Assembly (NCBI GenBank): GCA_019057795.1
Contig: JAHLWS010000077.1
Location: 32,001-96,000, forward strand
Source of the DNA: Promethearchaeota archaeon
GTDB lineage: Archaea > Asgardarchaeota > Lokiarchaeia > Sigyniarchaeales > SOKP01
Length of the DNA stretch: 64,000 nucleotides
Reading direction: 5' to 3'
In this document: piece after piece, positions 20,035-29,812 of the stretch
Position numbering within the stretch: the stretch's first letter is position 1
Layout of the letters: every line of letters begins with the position of its first letter
Made by a program: the position numbers and the translations under genes
Notes under the pieces: model-generated
Told to the model about the DNA's origin: nothing
The model's database searches: none
What the model saw: the letters and a program-made list of their open reading frames with translations, nothing else

Positions 20035-21411
20035 GTGATATACAAAAGATTAAATGATTTTGGGATAAAATTAGAAAATCCTTGGACGGAAATTAGAAGA
20101 ATGGGAGCCCAAAGTGCTAGAAAAGAAAGAGAAAAATTGAAAAAAAAATATAGCACAAAGAAATTATTCGAAATGGCGCTATCTTATACATTAAAGAATA
20201 AATTAGATGATGCGATTAAATTTTTTGAATTAATGACTGAAAAAGATCCTAATCATTTTCTTGCTTGGGTAAATATGGGTGTGCTTTTTACATACTACGA
20301 TTTATCATATACTACGGCTTATTCTGCAAGACATTATGATAAAGGTGTTGAAAGCTTTACAAAGGCACTTGAACAAAGACCAAATGATATCACCAGTTTG
20401 ATTGGTTTAGGAGATGCTTATAGTGGAAAGAAAGAATTTTCTAAATCAATTGAATCTTTTCAAGAAATTTCAAATAAAACGCCTAATAATTCTGAAGATT
20501 TGAGTGGGATTGGATTTACATTTTTAAATGCAAACAGTATCGATTATCAAATGAGGGATGTAGCTAACGATGGATACGTCCCTATTAATAAGGATTATCA
20601 ATTATTGAGCCATTTAAACTCTCATCTTAAAAAAGAAAAGAAAGAAAAGTACAATAGCGCATTGAGAAGTATGTCGAAAGTTTTAAAATTCCAAAAAATG
20701 CAAAATATACCAAATAAATATCTAATTAGTCGAGAAGTTTACAGCAACAAATTAGAATCTATAATAAAAATAATAAGAGCCATCGAATATGAAAAGGAGA
20801 AAGCAGAATGGAAAGAAACTAAAGAGTATAGAGATCTGGAAGATAAAAAGATAATAGAATTCGTTAAACCCTATAAAGAAATTGCCATTCATGATATTGT
20901 AGAACATTTTCTTTCAAAAAGTAAAATTGATAATACAGAAAAATTTTATCAGCCGGCTAAAGAGAGGATAGAACAAAAATTAAGATATTTAATCGATAGA
21001 AATATGATTCAAGGTTCTATTCAATATCTACCCAATAAAACGGGTTTATATTTTATAAACGAAGAAAAAATTAAGGATATTAAAAAAGACATTGTCTATC
21101 AAACGTTATTAGAATTTTTAGAAAACTATTCGAGATTATCCTTACTTGAGTTAGTTGAAAAAGTTAATCATCAAGTTGAAAAACAATTCGGCAACTCTGG
21201 TAAAATGTTGCCTACAAAAGTGAAGGAATTAGCTATGAATTTTATAAATAAAGGGTTAATTCCAGCAAACTATGACGAAGCTTCAGAAGGTATAGATTCT
21301 ACCATTATGGAACAAAAAATTGACGAATTATCCACTACAATTGAAGGGTGGGGTAAAGGAGACAACGAAAAGGTTGATTCTTCTTTAAAAAAAAAAAATA
21401 AAAAAATATGA
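20035..21411 (+). CDS. HTH-TPR protein with two C-terminal WH (PCI-like) domains and an ID.L.....W helix
   Basis: TPR motifs; WH segments EFVKPYKEIAIHDI...LIDRNMIQG and YSRLSLLEL...FINKGLIPANYD; tail KIDELSTTIEGW. The frame is open upstream to 19918 and encodes an HTH (WLREEFINKEKSVYQIAKECKV). Confidence 0.75.
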   Translation: MIYKRLNDFGIKLENPWTEIRRMGAQSARKEREKLKKKYSTKKLFEMALSYTLKNKLDDAIKFFELMTEKDPNHFLAWVNMGVLFTYYDLSYTTAYSARHYDKGVESFTKALEQRPNDITSLIGLGDAYSGKKEFSKSIESFQEISNKTPNNSEDLSGIGFTFLNANSIDYQMRDVANDGYVPINKDYQLLSHLNSHLKKEKKEKYNSALRSMSKVLKFQKMQNIPNKYLISREVYSNKLESIIKIIRAIEYEKEKAEWKETKEYRDLEDKKIIEFVKPYKEIAIHDIVEHFLSKSKIDNTEKFYQPAKERIEQKLRYLIDRNMIQGSIQYLPNKTGLYFINEEKIKDIKKDIVYQTLLEFLENYSRLSLLELVEKVNHQVEKQFGNSGKMLPTKVKELAMNFINKGLIPANYDEASEGIDSTIMEQKIDELSTTIEGWGKGDNEKVDSSLKKKNKKI

Positions 21412-21446
21412 AGAGATCAAAAAATTAAAGTCGGAAATTAAGAAGA

Positions 21447-22529
21447 ATGAATACTTACAAATTAATTCCACAGCTTAGAAATGGCTTAATTATTCAGGCG
21501 AAAAAAGAGTGGCTATCAGATTTTAAGATTGGGGATACAATTTTTTTGATTTCTGATTTACCCACTAAAAAATACTCAATAATATCTAAAATTGAAGCAA
21601 TTGAATACGCTGAAGAATCAAAAATTTTTATAGATAATAGGAATTTGGGCAATTTTGGAGAGGGAGAGGAGGTTTATATCATTAAATACAACCCTGCCGA
21701 AGCTTTAGAGGTTCACATAAATGTTTCAAACGAACACGCCATAATTACTAAAGGTGATTGGACATCTAATATAAAACCTTCGTTAATTAACAGACTTATA
21801 GATTACGGACAAGAAGTTGCTTTCTTAATTCCATGGGAAGGTGGTGCGCCTATAGTTGCTACGGGAATTATAAATTCAACGCTTCCAAATCCACCTGTAT
21901 ATATTGGGGATAAAACCAAGATTTTCATAGATAAAAGTTCAAATGAAGAACTCTCAGAAATCAAGAGAGAAAAATTGTTGATCCAAGAGGATCGCGTTGA
22001 TATTTTAGAAAGACAAATAAAACAGAAAACTATTAAGCTAATCAGAGAGATAAAACAGAATAATTATCCAAATAAAGGTCAAAAATACAAGTTTAAAGCA
22101 ATAAATCCAAGACAATTATTTAAATCCATTCTCAGCGTTTTTAGAGGGTTAGATTCTATTGAAGATCCTATAGAAGAATCGTTTGATGAGAAGGAACAAG
22201 ATTATCTTGCTTCAGCTGTATTTTTGACTAAGCAAAAGTCAGATTCATTCCAATTAATAGATATACAAATAATGGCATCTGGGCATTCGGGAACTTTAAC
22301 GTTATGGGTTACAGGAGAAAACGAATCAATAATTTCTGAAACTTTAAAAAATTACGATTCAAGAATTTCGCAATTACAACAAGGATTAGAACAAAAGATT
22401 GAAGTTTTAAGCACTCAATGTCCAGAATGTGGAGGGCATCTCCCTATTAAAAATATAGATATAAATGGTGTAGTTGAATGTATATATTGTAATAAAATTT
22501 CAAAAATACCAAAAGCTTTAAGATATTAA
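21447..22529 (+). CDS. stand-alone CDC48/p97-N-like domain protein with C-terminal zinc ribbon
   Basis: GEGEEVYI...AEALEV...LINRLIDYGQEV...STLPNPPVYIGDKTKIFI follows the CDC48 N-domain pattern; no AAA domain; CPECGG...CIYC. Confidence 0.6.
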   Translation: MNTYKLIPQLRNGLIIQAKKEWLSDFKIGDTIFLISDLPTKKYSIISKIEAIEYAEESKIFIDNRNLGNFGEGEEVYIIKYNPAEALEVHINVSNEHAIITKGDWTSNIKPSLINRLIDYGQEVAFLIPWEGGAPIVATGIINSTLPNPPVYIGDKTKIFIDKSSNEELSEIKREKLLIQEDRVDILERQIKQKTIKLIREIKQNNYPNKGQKYKFKAINPRQLFKSILSVFRGLDSIEDPIEESFDEKEQDYLASAVFLTKQKSDSFQLIDIQIMASGHSGTLTLWVTGENESIISETLKNYDSRISQLQQGLEQKIEVLSTQCPECGGHLPIKNIDINGVVECIYCNKISKIPKALRY

Positions 22530-22535
22530 ATAATC

Positions 22536-23363
22536 ATGACTAAAAATAGATATACAAGATTGAACGCTATAAAAGAATTTGGTTACGATATTACTTGGGA
22601 CGATCTTAAACGCTATCACATAGGAATAGTTGGAGTTGGGGGACTTGGTTGCGTTTCTGCGGAAATGGCAGCTAGATGTGGCATTGGAAAATTATCATTG
22701 TTTGATTTTGATACGGTAGATATTGTTAATTTAAATCGTAGTATGTTTAAGGAAAAGCATATAGGACAATCAAAAGTAAAAATCGCTTCTAAAATATTAA
22801 AAAAAATCAATCCTGATGTTGAAGTTTACAATTTTGAAAACGATATTATGAACCCAAATTTTGAATCCGATTTTGAAAAAGAAATTTCACACATGGATAT
22901 AGTTTTAAATGGGCTCGATAACATTCCTGCTAGAGAATATTTGAATGCTAAATGTGTTCGTTTAAGAGTGCCCTACATTGATGCTGGAGCCTCAAGGAGT
23001 GGATTATCTGGATATGTGCATCCCGTTATTCCTTATAAAACAGCATGTGCAAAATGTATGAGTATTATTGCAATTGACATTCCAGATGAAAGGGGTGATC
23101 CATGTGTTGCATCCTTACCTTCTACAATGGCAATACTAGCAAGTATACAAATTCAAGAAATGTTAAAATACCTTCTAAAGTTTGGAGAAATGATTGACTA
23201 TCTCATGTATGACATGATAACGGGGAAATTTTTAAATTATGAAACTAAAAGAGACAAGAATTGTCCTATTTGCGGTATAAAATCTCAAAATAATAAAAAA
23301 TTAATGAAACCTAAAATTTCACGAGGAGAAATAGACGATTTAATTGATAAACTCAAAGAATAA
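22536..23363 (+). CDS. uba5: UBA5-like E1 activating enzyme (ThiF family)
   Basis: YTRLNAIKEFG, GVGGLG..AEM..RCGIGKL.LFD, CAKC, catalytic C in CVASLPSTM..LKYLLKFG, compared with recalled human UBA5 YSRLMALKRMG and CAASLPTTM..LKFLLNFG. Confidence 0.85.
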   Translation: MTKNRYTRLNAIKEFGYDITWDDLKRYHIGIVGVGGLGCVSAEMAARCGIGKLSLFDFDTVDIVNLNRSMFKEKHIGQSKVKIASKILKKINPDVEVYNFENDIMNPNFESDFEKEISHMDIVLNGLDNIPAREYLNAKCVRLRVPYIDAGASRSGLSGYVHPVIPYKTACAKCMSIIAIDIPDERGDPCVASLPSTMAILASIQIQEMLKYLLKFGEMIDYLMYDMITGKFLNYETKRDKNCPICGIKSQNNKKLMKPKISRGEIDDLIDKLKE

Positions 23364-23537
23364 AAGGTGAAAGTCAAAAAAAACATTACAATTAATAAAT
23401 AATAAATAAACAGAGATAGAATATTATATTCGAATGAGAACATCTTATTCCAATGAAAAGTAAATGTCTAGAATATCTTAAAATTCACACCCTCTCTGGA
23501 AAAAATTGCGACAATAACAAAAAGGAATAAAATAAAA

Positions 23538-25004
23538 ATGGAAAAAATAAAGTCTGATCAAGAGAAAGTTTTAGAGGAAATATTAGGGAAAAAATGGAAA
23601 AATATTCCTCAAGTGGATAAAATTGAATGGAACACATTCGGAGTTAGAATTAAGGATGGTGACATTATTGGTTTAGGATTATCTAGGAATCAATTAACAA
23701 CTCTCCCAGAGTCAATAGGCAACCTAACATCGCTCCAAACACTAAAGTTGTGGAAAAATCAGTTGACAACCCTCCCGGAGTCAATAGTAAACCTTTCCTT
23801 CCTTAAAGAATTAGATTTACATTATAATAGTTTAACGACTCTCCCGGAGTCAATAGGAGATCTTACATCTCTCAAAACACTAGGTTTATCACACAATAGG
23901 TTAATAACCCTCCCGGAGTCAATAGGTGATCTAAAATCGCTCCAAAACCTAGATTTGTTTGATAATAAGTTAACGACCCTTCTGGAGTCTATAAGTGACC
24001 TAAAATCGCTCCAAACACTAGATCTGAGTGATAATAAGTTAACCACTCTCCCGGAGTCAATAGTAAACCTTTCCTCCCTTAAAGAATTAGATTTACAGGA
24101 TAATAGTTTAACGACTCTCCCGGAGTCAATAGGAGATCTTACATCACTCCAAACACTAGGTTTATCGCACAATAGGTTAATAACTCTCCCAGAGTCGATA
24201 GGCAATCTAGCATCGCTCCAAACACTATATTTAGGCGAAAATAAGTTTACGACTCTCCCAGAGTCAATAGTAAACCTTTCCTCCCTTAAATGGTTTGATT
24301 TAGGGGGTAATAGTTTAGCAACTCTCCCAGAGTCGATAGGCAATCTAGCATCGCTCCAAGCACTATTATTACATGAAAATAAGTTAATGACTCTCCCGGA
24401 GTCAATAGTAAACCTTTCCTCCCTTAAACGGTTTTATTTAGAGGGTAATCCGTTAAATCAGGAATTCAAAGGAATAATTAAAATGGCTGGAGATACTCAA
24501 TTTATACTAAGAAAACTAAGAGAAATTTTTGAAAAAGAAAGGTTAGAAAAAGAAAAGTTAAAAAAAGAAAGGTTAGAAAAAAGGTATAAAAGAGAGAGAC
24601 CAATTATTAAAAAGTTAATACAAGAAATGAAATTTTCAGACGCTGTTTTGAAGTTAAAAGATTTTAAAAATACTGCCAAAAGATATAATTTAAGCGAAAT
24701 TATTAATTGGACAGAGAAAAATTTAACACTTTGTAATATACAAATAATTAAAAAAACTGTTTTAGAGTTAGGAATTAAATTTGCCCGATTGCAAATTGCA
24801 GAAATTTCGGAAGTATCCGATCTAGATAACTTCCAATTAATTGTAGACACTGTAAACAATATGATTGATAATAAAGAAATATACGCCCAATATTTTTCTA
24901 GCACTAAATCTGTTGCGTTTGACCAGCAAGCAAATATTGATGAGATCGATAAACTAATGAGCGCATATAAAGATTGGGAAGATAAAGAGGTCGGAAAGAA
25001 ATAA
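23538..25004 (+). CDS. LRR protein (LPESI type, ~11-12 x 23 aa) with C-terminal PCI-like WH plus helix
   Basis: Highly regular LRRs; tail LGIKFARLQIAEI...EIYAQYF...FDQQANIDEIDKLMSAYKDWE. Confidence 0.9.
   Translation: MEKIKSDQEKVLEEILGKKWKNIPQVDKIEWNTFGVRIKDGDIIGLGLSRNQLTTLPESIGNLTSLQTLKLWKNQLTTLPESIVNLSFLKELDLHYNSLTTLPESIGDLTSLKTLGLSHNRLITLPESIGDLKSLQNLDLFDNKLTTLLESISDLKSLQTLDLSDNKLTTLPESIVNLSSLKELDLQDNSLTTLPESIGDLTSLQTLGLSHNRLITLPESIGNLASLQTLYLGENKFTTLPESIVNLSSLKWFDLGGNSLATLPESIGNLASLQALLLHENKLMTLPESIVNLSSLKRFYLEGNPLNQEFKGIIKMAGDTQFILRKLREIFEKERLEKEKLKKERLEKRYKRERPIIKKLIQEMKFSDAVLKLKDFKNTAKRYNLSEIINWTEKNLTLCNIQIIKKTVLELGIKFARLQIAEISEVSDLDNFQLIVDTVNNMIDNKEIYAQYFSSTKSVAFDQQANIDEIDKLMSAYKDWEDKEVGKK
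23690..24450 (+). repeat. 69-bp tandem repeats encoding LRRs
   Basis: Recurrent ctccc(g/a)gagtc(a/g)atag every 69 nt; the block at 23775 is nearly identical to the block at 24051 (276 nt apart). Confidence 0.9.
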
Positions 25005-25062
25005 AAATTTTATAATCCAGTAAAATATTAAAAGAAATTCAGAAAATAAAGGGTGACAACCT

Positions 25063-26247
25063 ATAGAAACTTTTCATATCTCTGAAACACTCGTTAAGAT
25101 AATTAAAAATCAAGCGTTATTAAGCGAAAATGAGATATATGGGTGGTTAATCGGGTATCTAGAAGATAAAACTCCAAAAGTTTTAGCTATTATTGAATGT
25201 AAACGATTTGAGCAACAAACACTTATAAGTGCAATTCCACACGCCCAAGAATTTCAGGAAATAAGTTCTGTGATGCCGCAAGGAATAGGTCCTATTGGGA
25301 TATATCATTCACACCCGTTTTCTAGCGAAATTTTTCACAGTCATACTGACGATTCTACTTTGTTAAGTCTAAGTAATCAGTTTTCTAATTGCGTTTCGAT
25401 CGTAACAAATGGAAAAGATATTAATTATTACCAAATGGGAAAGGAGAGTAAAACTATAGAAATTAACGTTAAATATATCGAACCAGAGATTCCAAAGTTT
25501 TTATTAATTTTGTTTGATGAAACTCTTTTAATCAAGATAAATAAAAGTATTTTAAATAATGTAGAGAATGTCAGCAACTTAAAAATAAGAATTTTGAACG
25601 AAGTAAATAATTTTTTAGAGAATATCTGGAGCGATTTAGAGTTATTTGCGAACTATTCGAAGATATCTGAGAACGATGTTGTTACTAAATATTTAGTAAA
25701 TAATTTAAAAGCGCGTCCAATTCAACTAAAGATTTCAGCAGAAACGAAGAATAAAGGTAAAATCCAAATAGTAATAGACAACGATAATGAATCAAATATT
25801 ATAACTGATTCTATTGATAACGATTACAAGTATTATAGATTAGATTTAAATGCCAAAGTTCCAATTTATGTCAGCAACGATAATAAGATTTTCAAAGATA
25901 TAAATAACGCAATTAAGACAGAATTATTGAGCAATAATATTCTCCAAAAGATTTATAATTGTGTTATCGATTACGATAAAAAAATTATTATAACTCCCGA
26001 TGATTTTTATCTTAATTTCTTCGGATTTTATATAAGAGTTTTGTACTTCAATAAAAACGAATTAAACGAATTCGAATTTTCCCATAGAACTTTTGATTTG
26101 ATATATAAATTTATATCTCTATTTAATTCTCTTCTAAATAAAGAATTATCAAATAAATTCAAAAGCCAAATTAAAACGTTTTTTAATGATATAAAAAAAA
26201 TCTCTAAAAAATTTAGCTGGCATTATGAAATTAATAAAAACTATTAG
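25063..26247 (+). CDS. JAB/MPN+ metallo-isopeptidase with long C-terminal extension
   Basis: NEIYGWLIG (catalytic Glu) lies in frame upstream of the track start at 25270; YHSHP...HSHTD JAMM motif. No canonical start codon; ATA 25063 follows a GGGTGA RBS. Confidence 0.8.
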   Translation: METFHISETLVKIIKNQALLSENEIYGWLIGYLEDKTPKVLAIIECKRFEQQTLISAIPHAQEFQEISSVMPQGIGPIGIYHSHPFSSEIFHSHTDDSTLLSLSNQFSNCVSIVTNGKDINYYQMGKESKTIEINVKYIEPEIPKFLLILFDETLLIKINKSILNNVENVSNLKIRILNEVNNFLENIWSDLELFANYSKISENDVVTKYLVNNLKARPIQLKISAETKNKGKIQIVIDNDNESNIITDSIDNDYKYYRLDLNAKVPIYVSNDNKIFKDINNAIKTELLSNNILQKIYNCVIDYDKKIIITPDDFYLNFFGFYIRVLYFNKNELNEFEFSHRTFDLIYKFISLFNSLLNKELSNKFKSQIKTFFNDIKKISKKFSWHYEINKNY

Positions 26248-26286
26248 AAAATAATTAAAAATAGAAAGTATTTGAGATAAACAAAA

Positions 26287-27333
26287 ATGTCAAGATGGAC
26301 CGATTTTAAAATCTCTTTTGGAAAACCTGGTATCTTATCCAAGGATATGAAATTTCTAAAATTTCATGATGACTTTTTTACTATTGAATCATTAAAGTGG
26401 AACAATATAAATGATCTTAAATCAGATGAGATTTTAACTATAATAGAATTTTACGAAGAATTCCTCTTAAAATTCGATGAAATCTACCCAGAGTTTAAAT
26501 CGAAGAAATCTATCCAGAGTCTATATAAATTAGAAAATAAATATAAATTTCTTCGTTATTTATTTCCATTTCACTATATATTGGAAGATAGATTAAATTT
26601 CTTTAAAAACTTAAAAATTGGAATTGATTTTTGGAATCAAAAAAAATTTGATGGTGTTTTAAAACATTTTAAAATTATATATGATTCAATTTTAGAAATA
26701 GAAAAGGAAAAAACCTATGGGCAACGGTATAGGAAGTATAAAACAATGTACAGTTCTCCCACTCGTCCAGTCAATGACTATGTAGGAGGATTTAGTCGTG
26801 ATGATCTAAAGAATGGGAATTTTAATGAATTAATAAATGTAGTAAAAAATAGAACAGAGGATTTGAATCAGTTTTTCCAGTATAGAGAAATCATTGAATT
26901 ATTTAATGAAAATTACAAAATAAAGTCGTATAATAGAGCTTTTGACAATTATCTCAAAGCGGAGTATTATAGAAACAAGATCCAGCGTTCAAATTTAGCA
27001 TATTTTGGAATATTGGAAAAAGAAGAGAAATTTAAAGAAAAATTTGCGGTTGTATTACTAAATCTAACAAATAAAATTAGAAGAGTTGTATTGGATTTAG
27101 GTACTAAATTTACTAGATTAGAAATAAGAGAAATTAAAGAAAAATGTTATGTGGAATCCAAAGACCTCATAGTTAATGTCATTAAAAATATGATTAAAAA
27201 TCATGAAATCTATGCTGAATACTTTTCAAGTTCGAGTGCCATAGCATTTAATCAACAAGCAAATATTGAGGAAATAGATAATTTAATGAAAAAATATGAG
27301 CAGTGGGAAAAAGGAGAAAAAAGAAAAATTTAG
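26287..27333 (+). CDS. unknown N-terminal domain plus C-terminal PCI-like WH and helix
   Basis: Tail LGTKFTRLEIREI...EIYAEYF...FNQQANIEEIDNLMKKYEQWE. Confidence 0.8.
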   Translation: MSRWTDFKISFGKPGILSKDMKFLKFHDDFFTIESLKWNNINDLKSDEILTIIEFYEEFLLKFDEIYPEFKSKKSIQSLYKLENKYKFLRYLFPFHYILEDRLNFFKNLKIGIDFWNQKKFDGVLKHFKIIYDSILEIEKEKTYGQRYRKYKTMYSSPTRPVNDYVGGFSRDDLKNGNFNELINVVKNRTEDLNQFFQYREIIELFNENYKIKSYNRAFDNYLKAEYYRNKIQRSNLAYFGILEKEEKFKEKFAVVLLNLTNKIRRVVLDLGTKFTRLEIREIKEKCYVESKDLIVNVIKNMIKNHEIYAEYFSSSSAIAFNQQANIEEIDNLMKKYEQWEKGEKRKI

Positions 27334-27451
27334 ATAAATCGAATATAAACATAGAGTTTTTAATAATTAAAATATCCCCGAATTAACAAAAAATTAAAAA
27401 AAATAATTTATGATATTAATTTAAGGTAAAAAGTTTAAGGTTAAGAATAAA

Positions 27452-27718
27452 ATGGCATCAGAATTAAATACGATATATTTTGTTAACAAATTTGGCTCAG
27501 AAAAAAAGCAAATCCCTTTTCCAATTGCTCCGAATATAAAATTAATGGATGTTATACCAGAGATTTCAAAAAAATTTGGAATATCATCTCAAAATATATG
27601 TATTGCTAATATGGGAGGGCAGGTTTTAACTTCTACAGATTTACTAAGCCCTGTTAGAGAATTAGTAGAAAAATTTGGCAACACATTCGATATTATAGAT
27701 CGAGGTATTGTTGGTTGA
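27452..27718 (+). CDS. ufm1: UFM1-like ubiquitin-fold modifier ending in Val-Gly
   Basis: 88 aa; C-terminus VEKFGNTFDIIDRGIVG* versus recalled human UFM1 FLKHGSELRIIPRDRVG; single terminal Gly. Confidence 0.8.
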   Translation: MASELNTIYFVNKFGSEKKQIPFPIAPNIKLMDVIPEISKKFGISSQNICIANMGGQVLTSTDLLSPVRELVEKFGNTFDIIDRGIVG

Positions 27719-28257
27719 GTACTACAAATTCTCGCTGGCAAAGGTCTATTTTAGACGAAATTATCCAAGAATTTCCTGAAAAATGGGTATCTGTGGGACC
27801 AAAACACCCTGCTTGGAAAGATCGTGTTAAATTAGAGATCGAAAAAATTATGCAATACATAAATTTTCTTAGAAATACAAAAAATAGACCTTGGTTTAAA
27901 TTATATCCCGAAAAAAATCCTCGTTATAACTATCTAATCTGGACTGGAAACTTACTCGTTCCAGACTATCCCGAAATTAATTTTGTTATTAAAGTACTCT
28001 TAACTTCTGAATATCCAAAAGTATGTCCACGATGTTTTGCTGAAGAAAAAATTGTGGAATATTGTGGAAAAATCTTTTTGAAAAATATCTGGGAACAAGA
28101 AGGTAAGAAATATGTAATGATATGCCATGAACACATGTCAAATACTCACGCTTGGAGAGAGAATCTCGGAATTGCTCACTTTTTTATACGACAAGTTTGG
28201 GTTTGGTGGGCTGCCCAACAAAATGTAATTATTAAAGAATATGATAAGAAAAAGTAA
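27715..28257 (+). CDS. ufc1: UFC1-like E2 conjugating enzyme
   Basis: GPKHPAWKDRVKLE..IMQYI..WFKL, YP..P, ICHEH, LGIAHF versus recalled UFC1 GPRDRELWVQRLKEE..IRYV..WFRL, ICLTDH, FGLAHL. TTG start overlaps the UFM1 stop (TTGA). Confidence 0.85.
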   Translation: MSTTNSRWQRSILDEIIQEFPEKWVSVGPKHPAWKDRVKLEIEKIMQYINFLRNTKNRPWFKLYPEKNPRYNYLIWTGNLLVPDYPEINFVIKVLLTSEYPKVCPRCFAEEKIVEYCGKIFLKNIWEQEGKKYVMICHEHMSNTHAWRENLGIAHFFIRQVWVWWAAQQNVIIKEYDKKK

Positions 28258-28327
28258 AAATGTTAAGTATTTAATAGAGCGATTAAAATATTAAAAGAAT
28301 TAAATAATGAAATTTAATTGATCTAAT

Positions 28328-29762
28328 ATGAAAATCCCAAAAGAAGCACAAAAATTGTTTAATCTAGCCAATGAACATAGTGATAATAAAGAATTTGAAA
28401 TAGCTTTAAAATATTTAAATCAAGCTTTAGAAATTGACCCTAATTACGCCGAGGCTATGAGTAAATTAGGTTATATACATTATCGGCTTGATTATAAAGA
28501 AATTTCAAAGGAAGAAGTGTTTAATCTCTCTAAAAAAGCCTTAGATTTGAATCCGAAATCTCCAATTGTGTGGCGATCTATGGGAATTGCTTATAAAAAT
28601 AAAAAAGAATACGATAAAGCAATCGAGTGCTATGATAAAGCGATCGAGTTGGATCCGAACTATGTCAATGGCTGGTATAGTATGGGAAGTGCTTATGATG
28701 ATAAAAAAAAATACGATAAAGCTATTGAGTGCTACAAAAAGGCAATCGAGTTAGATCCGAATGATGTATATGCCTGGAATAATATGGGAAATGCTTATAG
28801 TGATAAAAAAGAATACGATAAAGCAATCGAGTGCTATGAAAAAGCGGTTGAGATTGACCCGAATTATGTCTCTGCGTGGTATAATATGGGACTCGCTTAT
28901 AAACATAAAAAAGAATACGATAAAGCTATTGAGTGTTATGAAAAAGCGGTTGAGATTGACCCGAATTATGTCTCAACATGGATTAGTATGGGAATTGCTT
29001 ATTATAAAAAAAAATTTGTACGATAAAGCAATTCAGTGTTATGAAAAAGCGGTTGAGATTGACCCGAATTATGTCTCAACATGGATTAGTATGGGGATTG
29101 CTTATGAAAGTAAAAAAGAATACGATAAAGCAATCGAATGCTATGAAAAAGCACTCGAGTTAGATCCGAATCATGTATCTGCTTGGTATAGGATGGGAAT
29201 TGCTTATAGTGATAAAAAAGAGTACAATAAAGCAATCGAATGCTACGAAAAATCACTCGAGTTAGATCCGAATTATATCTTTGCCTGGATTGATATGAAA
29301 GATGCTAAAGAAGAACATAGGCGGAATAAATTGTATCAACTTTTTAGGGAACTTCAATCAATTTTGCGTGAAAAATATCCAGATTTTGATTTAACCAATT
29401 ATAAGAATTTTCTTAAAAGTGGAGTTATAGAAGTTCCTGAAGATTTTATTTCTGTAATTGAGAAATTAGATGTCTTATCTATAATACCTTTATCAATACA
29501 AAGTACAATAAGAGAAACAATATTAGAATTAGGTGTAAAATACAATCGCTTACAAATTGCCGAGATCGCTGAGAAATGCGGTGAGCCAGAAGATTGTATT
29601 ATTGTTGTTACCCATGATATGATTGAAAATAAAGATATCTATGCTGAATTTTTTAAATCGACTAAATCGCTTGTATTTGATCAACAGGCAAATATCGAAG
29701 AAATAGATAAATTAATGGATCAATATCGACAATGGGAAAAGGAAGGGATAAGCAAAAAATAA
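28328..29762 (+). pseudogene. TPR protein with C-terminal PCI-like WH plus helix, split by +1 base in the A9 tract (29006-29014)
   Basis: Track ORFs 28328-29026 and 28761-29762 join if A9 becomes A8 (AYYKKNLYDKA, in TPR register). Two ~60-nt identical repeat copies sit 103 nt apart instead of 102. Tail EIDKLMDQYRQWE. Confidence 0.8.
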
Positions 29763-29812
29763 TTATTGATTAATTAGATGTTTTAGAAAAAATTCTTTAA
29801 TTATTAATAAAT

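Noticed and set aside
23822-24343. 173-aa antisense ORF with repeats
   Set aside because: It is the shadow of the stop-free LRR repeat unit on the opposite strand.
16815-25004. NLR/STAND or Roco-type receptors
   Set aside because: The LRR and TPR proteins have no P-loop NTPase or GTPase domain.
27452-28257. Canonical ubiquitin/SAMP system or CBASS Cap2/Cap3
   Set aside because: No di-Gly C-terminus, RING E3 or CD-NTase; the E1 and E2 motifs fit UBA5 and UFC1 better.
23690-29300. CRISPR array or DGR suggested by the near-identical DNA repeats
   Set aside because: Repeat periods are 69 and 102 nt, in frame, and encode LRR/TPR units. There are no unique spacers, no reverse transcriptase in the window and no adenine-specific TR/VR pair.
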